30,214 nucleotides of DNA from Rummeliibacillus pycnus (lineage in GTDB: Bacteria > Bacillota > Bacilli > Bacillales_A > Planococcaceae): contig NZ_JBCMNM010000020.1 of the NCBI RefSeq assembly GCF_050459865.1, positions 1 through 30,214 on the forward strand. Direction: 5' to 3'. Positions 19,243-25,849 of this stretch are shown here, piece after piece. The notes beneath the pieces were generated by a model. That model was not told the origin of the DNA. It made no database searches and worked only from the letters and a program-made list of their open reading frames with translations. The stretch's first letter is position 1, and each line of letters opens with the position of its first letter. The position numbers were made by a program, and so were the translations under genes.

Positions 19243-19281
19243 GAACGCGTAGGAAGAGCAATACTTTCAACGCGTTCTTTT
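19243..19281 (+). terminator. Second terminator-like hairpin in the guaA leader
   Basis: 8-bp GC-rich stem 'gaacgcgt'/'acgcgttc' with a 19-nt loop, followed by 'tttt'. Confidence 0.45.
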
Positions 19282-19332
19282 CATAATAGAGCGCTGTATA
19301 AGGGAAGTAGTCATTTATAAAATATAGAAGAG

Positions 19333-20895
19333 GTGGAACTTTTGTCAGTAAGTACACAACTAATAAATCAAGAAAAAATCATCGTTCTTGATTTCGGTAG
19401 TCAATACAATCAATTAATTACACGTCGTATTCGTGAATTCGGTGTTTACAGTGAGTTACACCCACATACAATCACAGCACAAGAATTAAAAGATATGAAT
19501 GCTACAGGTATCATTTTCTCAGGTGGTCCAAACTCAGTTTATGACGACAATGCATTCAAAATCGACGAACAAATCTTTGAATTAGGCTTACCAATCTTAG
19601 GTATCTGCTACGGTATGCAATTAATGGCACATACTTTAGGTGGTAAAGTAGAAGCTGCGTCTCACCGCGAGTATGGTAAAGCAGAAATCAAAGTGCTTGA
19701 AGAAAACAAATTATTCGCTGATACACCAAAAGAGCAAGTTGTTTGGATGAGTCATGGTGACCTTGTAACAGCAACACCAGAAGGCTTCACTACAATTGCA
19801 ACAAGCGCTTCTTGCCCAATCGCTTCAATGGCAAACCCAGAACGCAAATTCTATGCTGTACAATTCCACCCAGAAGTACGTCACTCTGTATACGGTAATG
19901 ACTTACTTCGTCACTTCGCATTAGACATCTGTGGCTGCAAAGGCGACTGGTCAATGGCGAACTTCATCGAAATTGAAACAGAAAAAATCCGTAACATCGT
20001 TGGTGACAAACAAGTTCTTTGCGCACTTTCAGGTGGCGTAGACTCATCAGTTGTAGCGGTATTAATCCACAAAGCAATCGGTGACCAATTAACTTGTATG
20101 TTCGTAGACCACAACTTAAACCGTAAAGGTGAAGTTGAACAAGTTATGAAAACTTTCACTGAAGACTTCGATATGAAACTTATCAAAATCGATGCTCGTG
20201 AACGCTTCATGAACAAACTAAAAGGCGTGTCTGATCCAGAACAAAAACGTAAAATCATCGGTAACGAATTCATTTACGTATTCGACGAAGAATCAGCTAA
20301 ACTTACTGACATGGACTTCTTAGCTCAAGGTACTCTTTACACTGATATCATCGAGTCTGGTACAGCAACTGCACAAACAATCAAATCTCACCACAACGTT
20401 GGCGGTCTTCCAGAAGACATGAAATTCGAACTTATCGAACCACTTAACACATTATTCAAAGACGAAGTACGTGCACTTGGTTTAGAACTTGGTCTTCCTG
20501 AAGCAGTAGTATGGCGTCAACCATTCCCAGGTCCAGGCCTAGGTATCCGCGTACTTGGCGAAGTAACAGAAGATAAATTAGAAATCGTACGTAATGCAGA
20601 CTTCATCCTACGTGAAGAAATCAAAAAAGCTGGTCTTGATCGCGACATCTGGCAATACTTCTGCGTACTACCAGACATCCGTTCAGTCGGCGTTATGGGT
20701 GACGGTCGTACTTATGACTACGCAATCGGTATCCGCGGCGTAACATCAATCGACGGTATGACTTCTGACTGGGCACGTATCCCATATGACGTACTAGAAA
20801 AAATCTCTGTACGTATCGTAAACGAAGTAGATCACGTTAACCGCGTACTGTATGATATTACTTCTAAACCACCAGCTACTATTGAGTGGGAATAA
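19333..20895 (+). CDS. guaA: GMP synthase (glutamine-hydrolysing)
   Basis: The GATase domain has '[16 protein letters not shown]', 'GICYGMQ' and 'QFHPEV'. The PP-loop is 'LSGGVDSS' and the C-terminus ends 'KPPATIEWE'. The start may be the TTG at 19342, which has the RBS 'agaggtgg' 5 nt upstream, rather than the GTG at 19333. Confidence 0.95.
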   Translation: MELLSVSTQLINQEKIIVLDFGSQYNQLITRRIREFGVYSELHPHTITAQELKDMNATGIIFSGGPNSVYDDNAFKIDEQIFELGLPILGICYGMQLMAHTLGGKVEAASHREYGKAEIKVLEENKLFADTPKEQVVWMSHGDLVTATPEGFTTIATSASCPIASMANPERKFYAVQFHPEVRHSVYGNDLLRHFALDICGCKGDWSMANFIEIETEKIRNIVGDKQVLCALSGGVDSSVVAVLIHKAIGDQLTCMFVDHNLNRKGEVEQVMKTFTEDFDMKLIKIDARERFMNKLKGVSDPEQKRKIIGNEFIYVFDEESAKLTDMDFLAQGTLYTDIIESGTATAQTIKSHHNVGGLPEDMKFELIEPLNTLFKDEVRALGLELGLPEAVVWRQPFPGPGLGIRVLGEVTEDKLEIVRNADFILREEIKKAGLDRDIWQYFCVLPDIRSVGVMGDGRTYDYAIGIRGVTSIDGMTSDWARIPYDVLEKISVRIVNEVDHVNRVLYDITSKPPATIEWE

Positions 20896-20905
20896 TAAAA
20901 TTAAT

Positions 20906-20947
20906 AGCCTAGGCACTGATTATTCAGTGTTTCTAGGCTTTTTTTTG
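20906..20947 (+). terminator. Rho-independent terminator of guaA
   Basis: Stems 'agcctag'/'ctaggct' and 'cactg'/'cagtg', followed by T9. Confidence 0.8.
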
Positions 20948-21138
20948 TTTTGGTAACCATTTCGGTAACTATTGGAAGAATAAGTCTTTCTAAAACTAGA
21001 ACTTTTTGATTGGAAAGTTTATTTTGAACAAATATTATATAGCGAAAAGTGTTGTATTGAAAATAAAGATTTAATACTTACTTTAAGCCTAATGATCTAT
21101 GTATATGTTTTGATTTTTAGTCTATATCCTAATGTACA

Positions 21139-21167
21139 TAGATTAGGAGGTGTTTAAGTGGTATAAT
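21139..21167 (+). promoter_or_regulatory. Putative extended -10 promoter of the TIR/Macro/TIR operon
   Basis: 'TGgTATAAT' (TG at 21159-21160, TATAAT at 21162-21167) with a weak -35 'tagatt'. The right arm of the inverted repeat spanning 21088-21147 overlaps it. Confidence 0.45.
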
Positions 21168-21217
21168 TTTCACTATAATTAGTAAAAAATACATATAATA
21201 AATACTGGAGGTATAAT

Positions 21218-22078
21218 TTGTTTAGAGGATATAATTTGGATTTGTCTAATAATGAAAAACAGTCTTTTTTAGGAATAAGTGATCAAGAAATTGAAAACTA
21301 CGAGAACGAGCTAAAGAATCTAAAAAGCATATTAAAAAGTAAAGTCAACGACACTGTTGTATTACCAAGAGAAAAAGATGGTAAAATAGATGGTTCAAAA
21401 CTCATAGATGATTGGTTCCCAAGGCATAAATCAGATGTATTTATTTCTCATTCTCATAATGATACTAGAACAGCAAAGAGACTTGCTGTTTGGCTGAATA
21501 AAAACTTTGGACTAACAGTGTTTATTGATTCAATAGTATGGGGAAGTGCCAATGAGTTATTAAAAGGGATTGACAATGTATATAGCGTTTTAGAAAGAAA
21601 AGATGGTAATACTACCTATAATTATGACACAAGAAATTATACAACTAGCCATGTTCATATGATGTTGTCAACAGCCTTGAATGATATTATTGATCAAACG
21701 GAATGTCTAATATTTTTAAACACACCTGAGTCATTAAGTGTAAATGAAGCAAAAGATAAGAAAACTAATTCTCCATGGATTTACAATGAATTAAAAATAG
21801 CTTCTATTGTTAGAAAAATAGATCCTAGGAAATTAGAGTATAAAATGATTTTAGAAAAAAGTTATAGAGAATTTTCTCAACAGGAGCAAAGAAGTTTTGA
21901 TGCATTGTATCATGTTGATGATCAATTATCTAAAATGGAAAGTTTAAACGCAGATAGGTTACAGGAGTGGTTAAATAACTTTAATACAAGCTCAAATAAA
22001 GAATTTCATGCGCTTGATATTTTGTATTTTGGTAAGGAAGTATCTAAAGTGAGGAGATATTTAGTAAATGACAATTAA
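21218..22078 (+). CDS. TIR-domain protein (ThsB-like sensor/NADase) with N- and C-terminal extensions
   Basis: TTG start 6 nt after the RBS 'ggagg'. TIR hallmarks are beta-A 'DVFISHSHNDTRTAKRLAVWL', 'VFIDS', 'CLIFLNTPESL' and the catalytic-Glu helix 'SPWIYNELKIA' (the SxWCxxEL equivalent). Confidence 0.75.
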   Translation: MFRGYNLDLSNNEKQSFLGISDQEIENYENELKNLKSILKSKVNDTVVLPREKDGKIDGSKLIDDWFPRHKSDVFISHSHNDTRTAKRLAVWLNKNFGLTVFIDSIVWGSANELLKGIDNVYSVLERKDGNTTYNYDTRNYTTSHVHMMLSTALNDIIDQTECLIFLNTPESLSVNEAKDKKTNSPWIYNELKIASIVRKIDPRKLEYKMILEKSYREFSQQEQRSFDALYHVDDQLSKMESLNADRLQEWLNNFNTSSNKEFHALDILYFGKEVSKVRRYLVNDN

Positions 22079-22904
22079 AGTTAAATTTTTGGACAAAAGA
22101 ATACGGCAACAATTCTCAAAAATTGTGGCTACAGTTAGTGCAGTTCTTTCAGCGATATTAATTTTTTGTGAAATCCCTGATGAATGGAAAATTACAAGTG
22201 GAATTATTTTTCTTGTTCTCTTACTTGTAATATATTTCGTAGTTTGGGTTTATGCAAATAGATTAGCTGAAACTACTCTAAGTATAGGTGGAACTTCTGT
22301 ACAGATAAAAAAAGGCGATATTTTCAGAGAAGATGGCCTAAAAGTCATACCCTTCAACGAATATTTTGACACTATTGTTGATGATAGGATTATTGGAAAA
22401 AAATCTCTTAATGGCCAATATATTATAAAAATTTTTCCGGATGTTGATAAGCTATCTAAAAGAATAAAAGAAGATAAAGATTTAAATATTCCAGAAAATA
22501 TACTTTGCAAAAATGTTCCTAGAGAAGGAGGAACAACAAAGTATAAACTAGGAAGTTCGATTGTAATAGATGAATATGTGTTGACAGCATTTTCTAAATT
22601 TAATAATAAAAATGAAGCTGAGTTAACGATGACAGAATATATAAATTTCCTCCTACAATTTTGGAATGAAATTAATAGAGTTTATGCACAAAAAAGCGTA
22701 ACTGTTCCAGTTTTTGGGTCTGGAATAACAAGATTTAAGGGAGGATTTAATGAAATTGAGATTGATGAATTACTGAATATCATGCTTTGGACATTTAGAA
22801 TTAGTGAGACCAGGTTTAAGTATCCTGCAAAATTAACTATAGTTATCTACGGAGATTTATTTGATAAAATTAATTTATTTAGCCTTCAGGAGGAAATAGA
22901 TTAA
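22068..22904 (+). CDS. Two-TM + Macro-like domain protein (type II Thoeris ThsA-like effector)
   Basis: Overlaps the upstream gene by 11 nt and has the RBS 'gaggag'. The two TM helices are 'IVATVSAVLSAILIFC' and 'ITSGIIFLVLLLVIYFVVWVYA'. The soluble domain shows 'IKKGDIF...VIPFNEYFDTIVDDRIIGKKSLNGQ' and 'VPVFGSGITRF', patterns I associate with the ThsA-Macro (DUF6430) family. This assignment was not verified by a search. Confidence 0.6.
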   Translation: MTIKVKFLDKRIRQQFSKIVATVSAVLSAILIFCEIPDEWKITSGIIFLVLLLVIYFVVWVYANRLAETTLSIGGTSVQIKKGDIFREDGLKVIPFNEYFDTIVDDRIIGKKSLNGQYIIKIFPDVDKLSKRIKEDKDLNIPENILCKNVPREGGTTKYKLGSSIVIDEYVLTAFSKFNNKNEAELTMTEYINFLLQFWNEINRVYAQKSVTVPVFGSGITRFKGGFNEIEIDELLNIMLWTFRISETRFKYPAKLTIVIYGDLFDKINLFSLQEEID

Positions 22905-23467
22905 TGGCATATAGAAACGGAACGTACGTAGCGTTTGACGGACAAGCTACAACAGACCCAACAAAAAGTGATATGAAATATTATGGACTGCTTCAAAGAT
23001 GGAATCAAAATAAAAGTAATACTTTGAGCTTTAGTGACAGTCATAAAAAAACTCACCAAGTTAGAGATACAAGCTCAAAACTAACTTTGCAAAGAAGATT
23101 AATTGAGAGATTGGGAAATTCGAAAAACATGTTACTTATATTGTCTGATGATACTTCATGGGATAGAGGAATGCTAAATTTTGAAATTGAAAAAGCTGTA
23201 GATAAATTTTCCCTTCCTATTATTGTGGCGTATACAGGTTACAATTATATATTAGATCCCAAATCATTCAGCTCCAAGTGGCCAAAAGAATTAACTGCGA
23301 GAATTAGTAATGGAACTGCTAGATGTATCCATATACCATTTAAAGAGAAGGCTATTATGTCTGCAATTTCACAATTTAGTATTCATGGCACGGGGGATAA
23401 TATATTAACTGGTTCTTTAAATTATTACTCACGTAGTGCTTATCAAAATTGGGGATATATTCAGTAA
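22904..23467 (+). CDS. TIR-like protein, DUF1863/ThsB family
   Basis: The start overlaps the previous stop (taATG) and has the RBS 'aggagg'. Motifs are 'YVAFDG', 'YYGLLQRW', 'FSDSH' and 'MLLILSDDTSWDRGMLNFEIEKA' (a WxxxE-type catalytic Glu helix), followed by 'LPIIVAY'. Confidence 0.65.
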   Translation: MAYRNGTYVAFDGQATTDPTKSDMKYYGLLQRWNQNKSNTLSFSDSHKKTHQVRDTSSKLTLQRRLIERLGNSKNMLLILSDDTSWDRGMLNFEIEKAVDKFSLPIIVAYTGYNYILDPKSFSSKWPKELTARISNGTARCIHIPFKEKAIMSAISQFSIHGTGDNILTGSLNYYSRSAYQNWGYIQ

Positions 23468-23490
23468 TAACATGAATTTCTCACTTAAAT

Positions 23491-23534
23491 AAAACCAGAT
23501 AGCATAAAAATGCGATATCTGGTTTTATTTTTAT
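23491..23534 (+). terminator. Rho-independent terminator of the three-gene operon
   Basis: Stem 'aaaccagata'/'tatctggttt' followed by 'tattttt'. Confidence 0.7.
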
Positions 23535-23617
23535 AATATGTAGTATAAGTCTATTCAGATTTTTTATAATCTTTTCTCTTAAAATGTTGATTACCATTCC
23601 AGTTGTTCAAAGTTTTA

Positions 23618-23984
23618 TCAGAAGTTTTTAACACTAATTTTCCCGTTCATTTGACTAGCTATTTCACTATCAATTGTAGGATAGAGGTGTGAATGCGTTC
23701 CTAATGTAATTTGAATATCGGAATGTCCTAATCGTTTTTGTACAACAAGGGGGTTTGCATTTAATTCATTGATTAAAAAGCTTGTATGACTATGACATAA
23801 CCCTTTTGGTTGAATAGGGACAACATTGGCAATTTTCGCATGCCTTTTAATGATTCTCCTGATTGTCGATTTTTGTCAAAACATGAAATATTCTCAATCT
23901 AGCAACCCGATCTGGATTATTTTTAGTAAGACTAATATATGGTGTGTTCTGTTTGTTTTTTAAATATGATTGTATTTTCTCCAT
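23618..23984 (-). pseudogene. Tyrosine recombinase (phage-type integrase) remnant: C-terminal catalytic domain only, frameshifted
   Basis: My minus-strand translation gives 'IRRIIKRHAKIANVVPIQPKGLCHSHTSFLINELNANPLVVQKRLGHSDIQITLGTHSHLYPTIDSE...'. This is the box II region, but with 'LCHSH' where 'LRH(T/S)H' is expected and 'GTHSHLY' where the catalytic-Tyr 'GTYSHLY' is expected. An upstream piece, 'MEKIQSYLKNKQNTPYISLTKNNPDRVARLRIF', is in another frame. No N-terminal domain is present. Confidence 0.65.
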
Positions 23985-24087
23985 TGATTTCCCTCAATTA
24001 AACACTGAACACTTTCTATTTTGATTCTAATAACATCAGTATAGATAGAGTAGCTCTTAAAATTATTTAAAAGCTACTTAACTTTAA

Positions 24088-24372
24088 TTATCGATAGTTA
24101 TTTAGAACAATTCTTTTGCCTCTATTAATATCATCAATTAATAATGAGCTAGTTACATAGTGTCTCTTCACCTCAGAAAATCTCAAACCAATTACAGTGA
24201 ATTTAGCGTAATCATACTGCACGCTACCTTTGCCTGTAAGTCTCTCGTCAAGTTCTTCTTTAGCTTCAACCTGCTCTAAAATCAAAGGAATTTCTATTGA
24301 TGTACCACTTAATCTTTTACCTATTTCAGCTATTTTTCTAAGACCTTTTTCGTTTAATACTTTTGTAAACAT
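24088..24372 (-). CDS. Hypothetical protein (94 aa), no recognisable domain
   Basis: ORF with a strong RBS 'aggagg' 8 nt upstream. It lies 11 nt downstream of a small acidic ORF on the same strand. Confidence 0.5.
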   Translation of the reverse strand: MFTKVLNEKGLRKIAEIGKRLSGTSIEIPLILEQVEAKEELDERLTGKGSVQYDYAKFTVIGLRFSEVKRHYVTSSLLIDDINRGKRIVLNNYR

Positions 24373-24383
24373 TTCGTATCCTC

Positions 24384-24524
24384 CTAAAATTCATTTATTT
24401 CTTCAGTAATCTCATACCATTCATCACAATATTCAAGATAGCATTGATAATCTTCGGAATCTTGATTCTGCCATTCCTTTAGTTCTTCATCGATCATCAC
24501 AACCAAACTCCCTTCACTCTCCAT
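24384..24524 (-). CDS. Small acidic protein (46 aa from the ATG at 24524; more likely 37-38 aa from the GTG at 24500 or ATG at 24497)
   Basis: Not in the ORF track. My translation is 'MESEGSLVVMIDEELKEWQNQDSEDYQCYLEYCDEWYEITEEINEF*'. An internal RBS 'gaagggag' precedes the GTG/ATG at 24500/24497. The stop lies 11 nt before the next gene's ATG. Confidence 0.4.
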   Translation of the reverse strand: MESEGSLVVMIDEELKEWQNQDSEDYQCYLEYCDEWYEITEEINEF

Positions 24525-24566
24525 AATTAAGCTTATAACCTGCAATTTATTTTCTAGACACCTACT

Positions 24567-24631
24567 TGACTTATAGACTTATTGACTTACGAAAAAGAAT
24601 AACATAGATTTTTTATGTAAGCAATGCCTTA
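24567..24631. promoter_or_regulatory. Array of TG(A/C)CTTA direct repeats with 8-bp phasing (candidate operator) upstream of the small-ORF operon
   Basis: TGACTTA at 24567-24573, AGACTTA at 24575-24581, TGACTTA at 24583-24589 and TGCCTTA at 24625-24631. The last two sites are each followed by 'cgaaaa(a)g'. Confidence 0.5.
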
Positions 24632-24639
24632 CGAAAAGA

Positions 24640-24675
24640 AAAATAAAAAAACAGGGTCATTATAACCCTGTTTTA
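24640..24675. terminator. Bidirectional terminator downstream of the RHH gene
   Basis: Stem 'acagggt'/'accctgt' (24651-24671), flanked by A7 on the 5' side and T4 on the 3' side. The minus-strand reading gives the hairpin followed by T7. Confidence 0.65.
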
Positions 24676-24684
24676 ATTATTTTA

Positions 24685-24999
24685 TTAACTATTTTCGACT
24701 GTTTTCAGTATGTGCCTTGTAATATCAGCGGTAGGAGTAGTATGGTTTAAAACCATTTGTACTTTATAATTTGTATATAATTCTCTTTCTATTCTAAAGT
24801 TTATTTTGACATAATCATTATCATTAATTGTTTGTGTATAATCTGGAACATGATAGTTATCTACTTGCTTTTTTATATGTTCAATCAAATTATCTGTAAT
24901 TGTCTGATTGGTTCTTATCATAGTTACTTTATAAAGTTCGGAAAGTGTCTTTTTAACTCTTACAGTAACCATCATATGATTGTCTTTAATATCCTTCAT
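24685..24999 (-). CDS. Putative DNA-binding regulator with two tandem ribbon-helix-helix-like repeats
   Basis: The RBS is 'aaggagg'. There is an internal duplication: 'VTVRVKKTLSELYKVTMIRTNQTITDNLIEHIKKQV' versus 'VKINFRIERELYTNYKVQMVLNHTTPTADITRHILKTV'. Each copy has a beta-strand/helix/helix pattern. No search was run. Confidence 0.45.
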   Translation of the reverse strand: MKDIKDNHMMVTVRVKKTLSELYKVTMIRTNQTITDNLIEHIKKQVDNYHVPDYTQTINDNDYVKINFRIERELYTNYKVQMVLNHTTPTADITRHILKTVENS

Positions 25000-25008
25000 T
25001 AATGACGC

Positions 25009-25043
25009 CTCCTTAATATGTGCCTTAATGCCTTATCAACTTA
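25009..25043. promoter_or_regulatory. TGCCTTA repeats at the 5' end of the RHH gene (candidate autoregulatory operator)
   Basis: TGCCTTA at 25021-25027, TGCCTTA at 25029-25035 and CAACTTA at 25037-25043, with 8-bp phasing. CTCCTTA at 25009-25015 is the complement of the RBS. Confidence 0.45.
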
Positions 25044-25314
25044 TCACGAGGATTTTTATAAGTCAATTATTGCAGTGAGAATAGCAAGTTCGAATGATTT
25101 ATTTAAAAATGTTTAGTGAGTAACATTTAAAAGTATGGTGACTTTTCGGTAACCCTTCATATTAATTAAAGTTATTTTAATAACTTTAAAAGGACTAATA
25201 TGTATTGTTTGTAATTAACTAACGATATATCAATTTATTAATAAGTAGAGTGGGAATAGGTCATATACCTAACACTAACACTCTCTAAAGTTTTTTGTAT
25301 CAAGGGTTTAGCGC

Positions 25315-25668
25315 TTGTTGTATAGCGTAATTACTTATCCACCTGCAACAATTGTGTTTCAAATAGGACTTTCCTTTATTCACGTTTTTCATATGAAAGG
25401 GAGGTCTTTTTTTATTCCTAGAATTATTGAATTGATTGATGGTTTCAAAATGAATCAAGACATCATTGGGCGTAAACCGAAGTATGTACAGATGTTTATA
25501 TGGCGGTTAAACCGTTGGAGAGAATTCATGGAAATAGAATTTAACATCGAATTTGTAGAAGCGGTTGAGCCAATTCATGATCTCGTATTTACAATGTCAT
25601 GTCATTTGGTTGAACGCTTCAATGGAGAACGTTTCTTAATCACTTCAAAGAATATCGTGGCGATATAG
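25315..25668 (+). CDS. Hypothetical protein; the start is very uncertain and may be only about 72 aa from the ATG at 25450
   Basis: Open frame followed by a terminator. A good RBS 'aaagggagg' (about 25395-25403) is not followed by a canonical start at a suitable distance. No recognisable motifs. Confidence 0.3.
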   Translation: MLYSVITYPPATIVFQIGLSFIHVFHMKGRSFFIPRIIELIDGFKMNQDIIGRKPKYVQMFIWRLNRWREFMEIEFNIEFVEAVEPIHDLVFTMSCHLVERFNGERFLITSKNIVAI

Positions 25669-25715
25669 AGTAACTTTACGAAGAACATAGTCACGTTATT
25701 TACGATTCTCTACTT

Positions 25716-25746
25716 AGCACATCTGAAAAATGATGTGCTTTATTTA
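25716..25746 (+). terminator. Rho-independent terminator
   Basis: 8-bp stem 'agcacatc'/'gatgtgct' followed by 'ttattt'. Confidence 0.6.
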
Positions 25747-25817
25747 ACGGAAGTAATTAAATATAATTGGATATAATGGAATTAAATAATTTATAGAATA
25801 ATCTTTTTAACTTTTAT

Positions 25818-25835
25818 TATACACTTTAGTGTATA
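25818..25835. promoter_or_regulatory. Perfect 8+8 palindrome overlapping the probable -10 of the NDT/TIR-like gene
   Basis: 'TATACACT tt AGTGTATA', immediately followed by and overlapping 'tataaat', 15 nt upstream of the RBS 'gggag'. Confidence 0.5.
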
Positions 25836-25849
25836 AATGTTGGGAGCGA

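Noticed and set aside
18751-19357. Minus-strand ORFs 18751-19011 and 18989-19357, which span the yebA 3' end and the guaA leader.
   Set aside because: They overlap the yebA-like CDS and the well-defined guanine riboswitch, terminators and promoter. They have no RBS and no motifs.
21144-21166. Strong RBS-like 'aggagg' followed by a GTG at 21158, upstream of the TIR gene.
   Set aside because: The frame reads GTG GTA TAA and so stops after two codons. The sequence is more plausibly part of the promoter (extended -10).
24049-24077. Hairpin 'gtagctctt...aaaagctac' downstream of the 94-aa gene, considered as a terminator.
   Set aside because: The stem is imperfect and no T-run follows on the minus strand, so support is insufficient.
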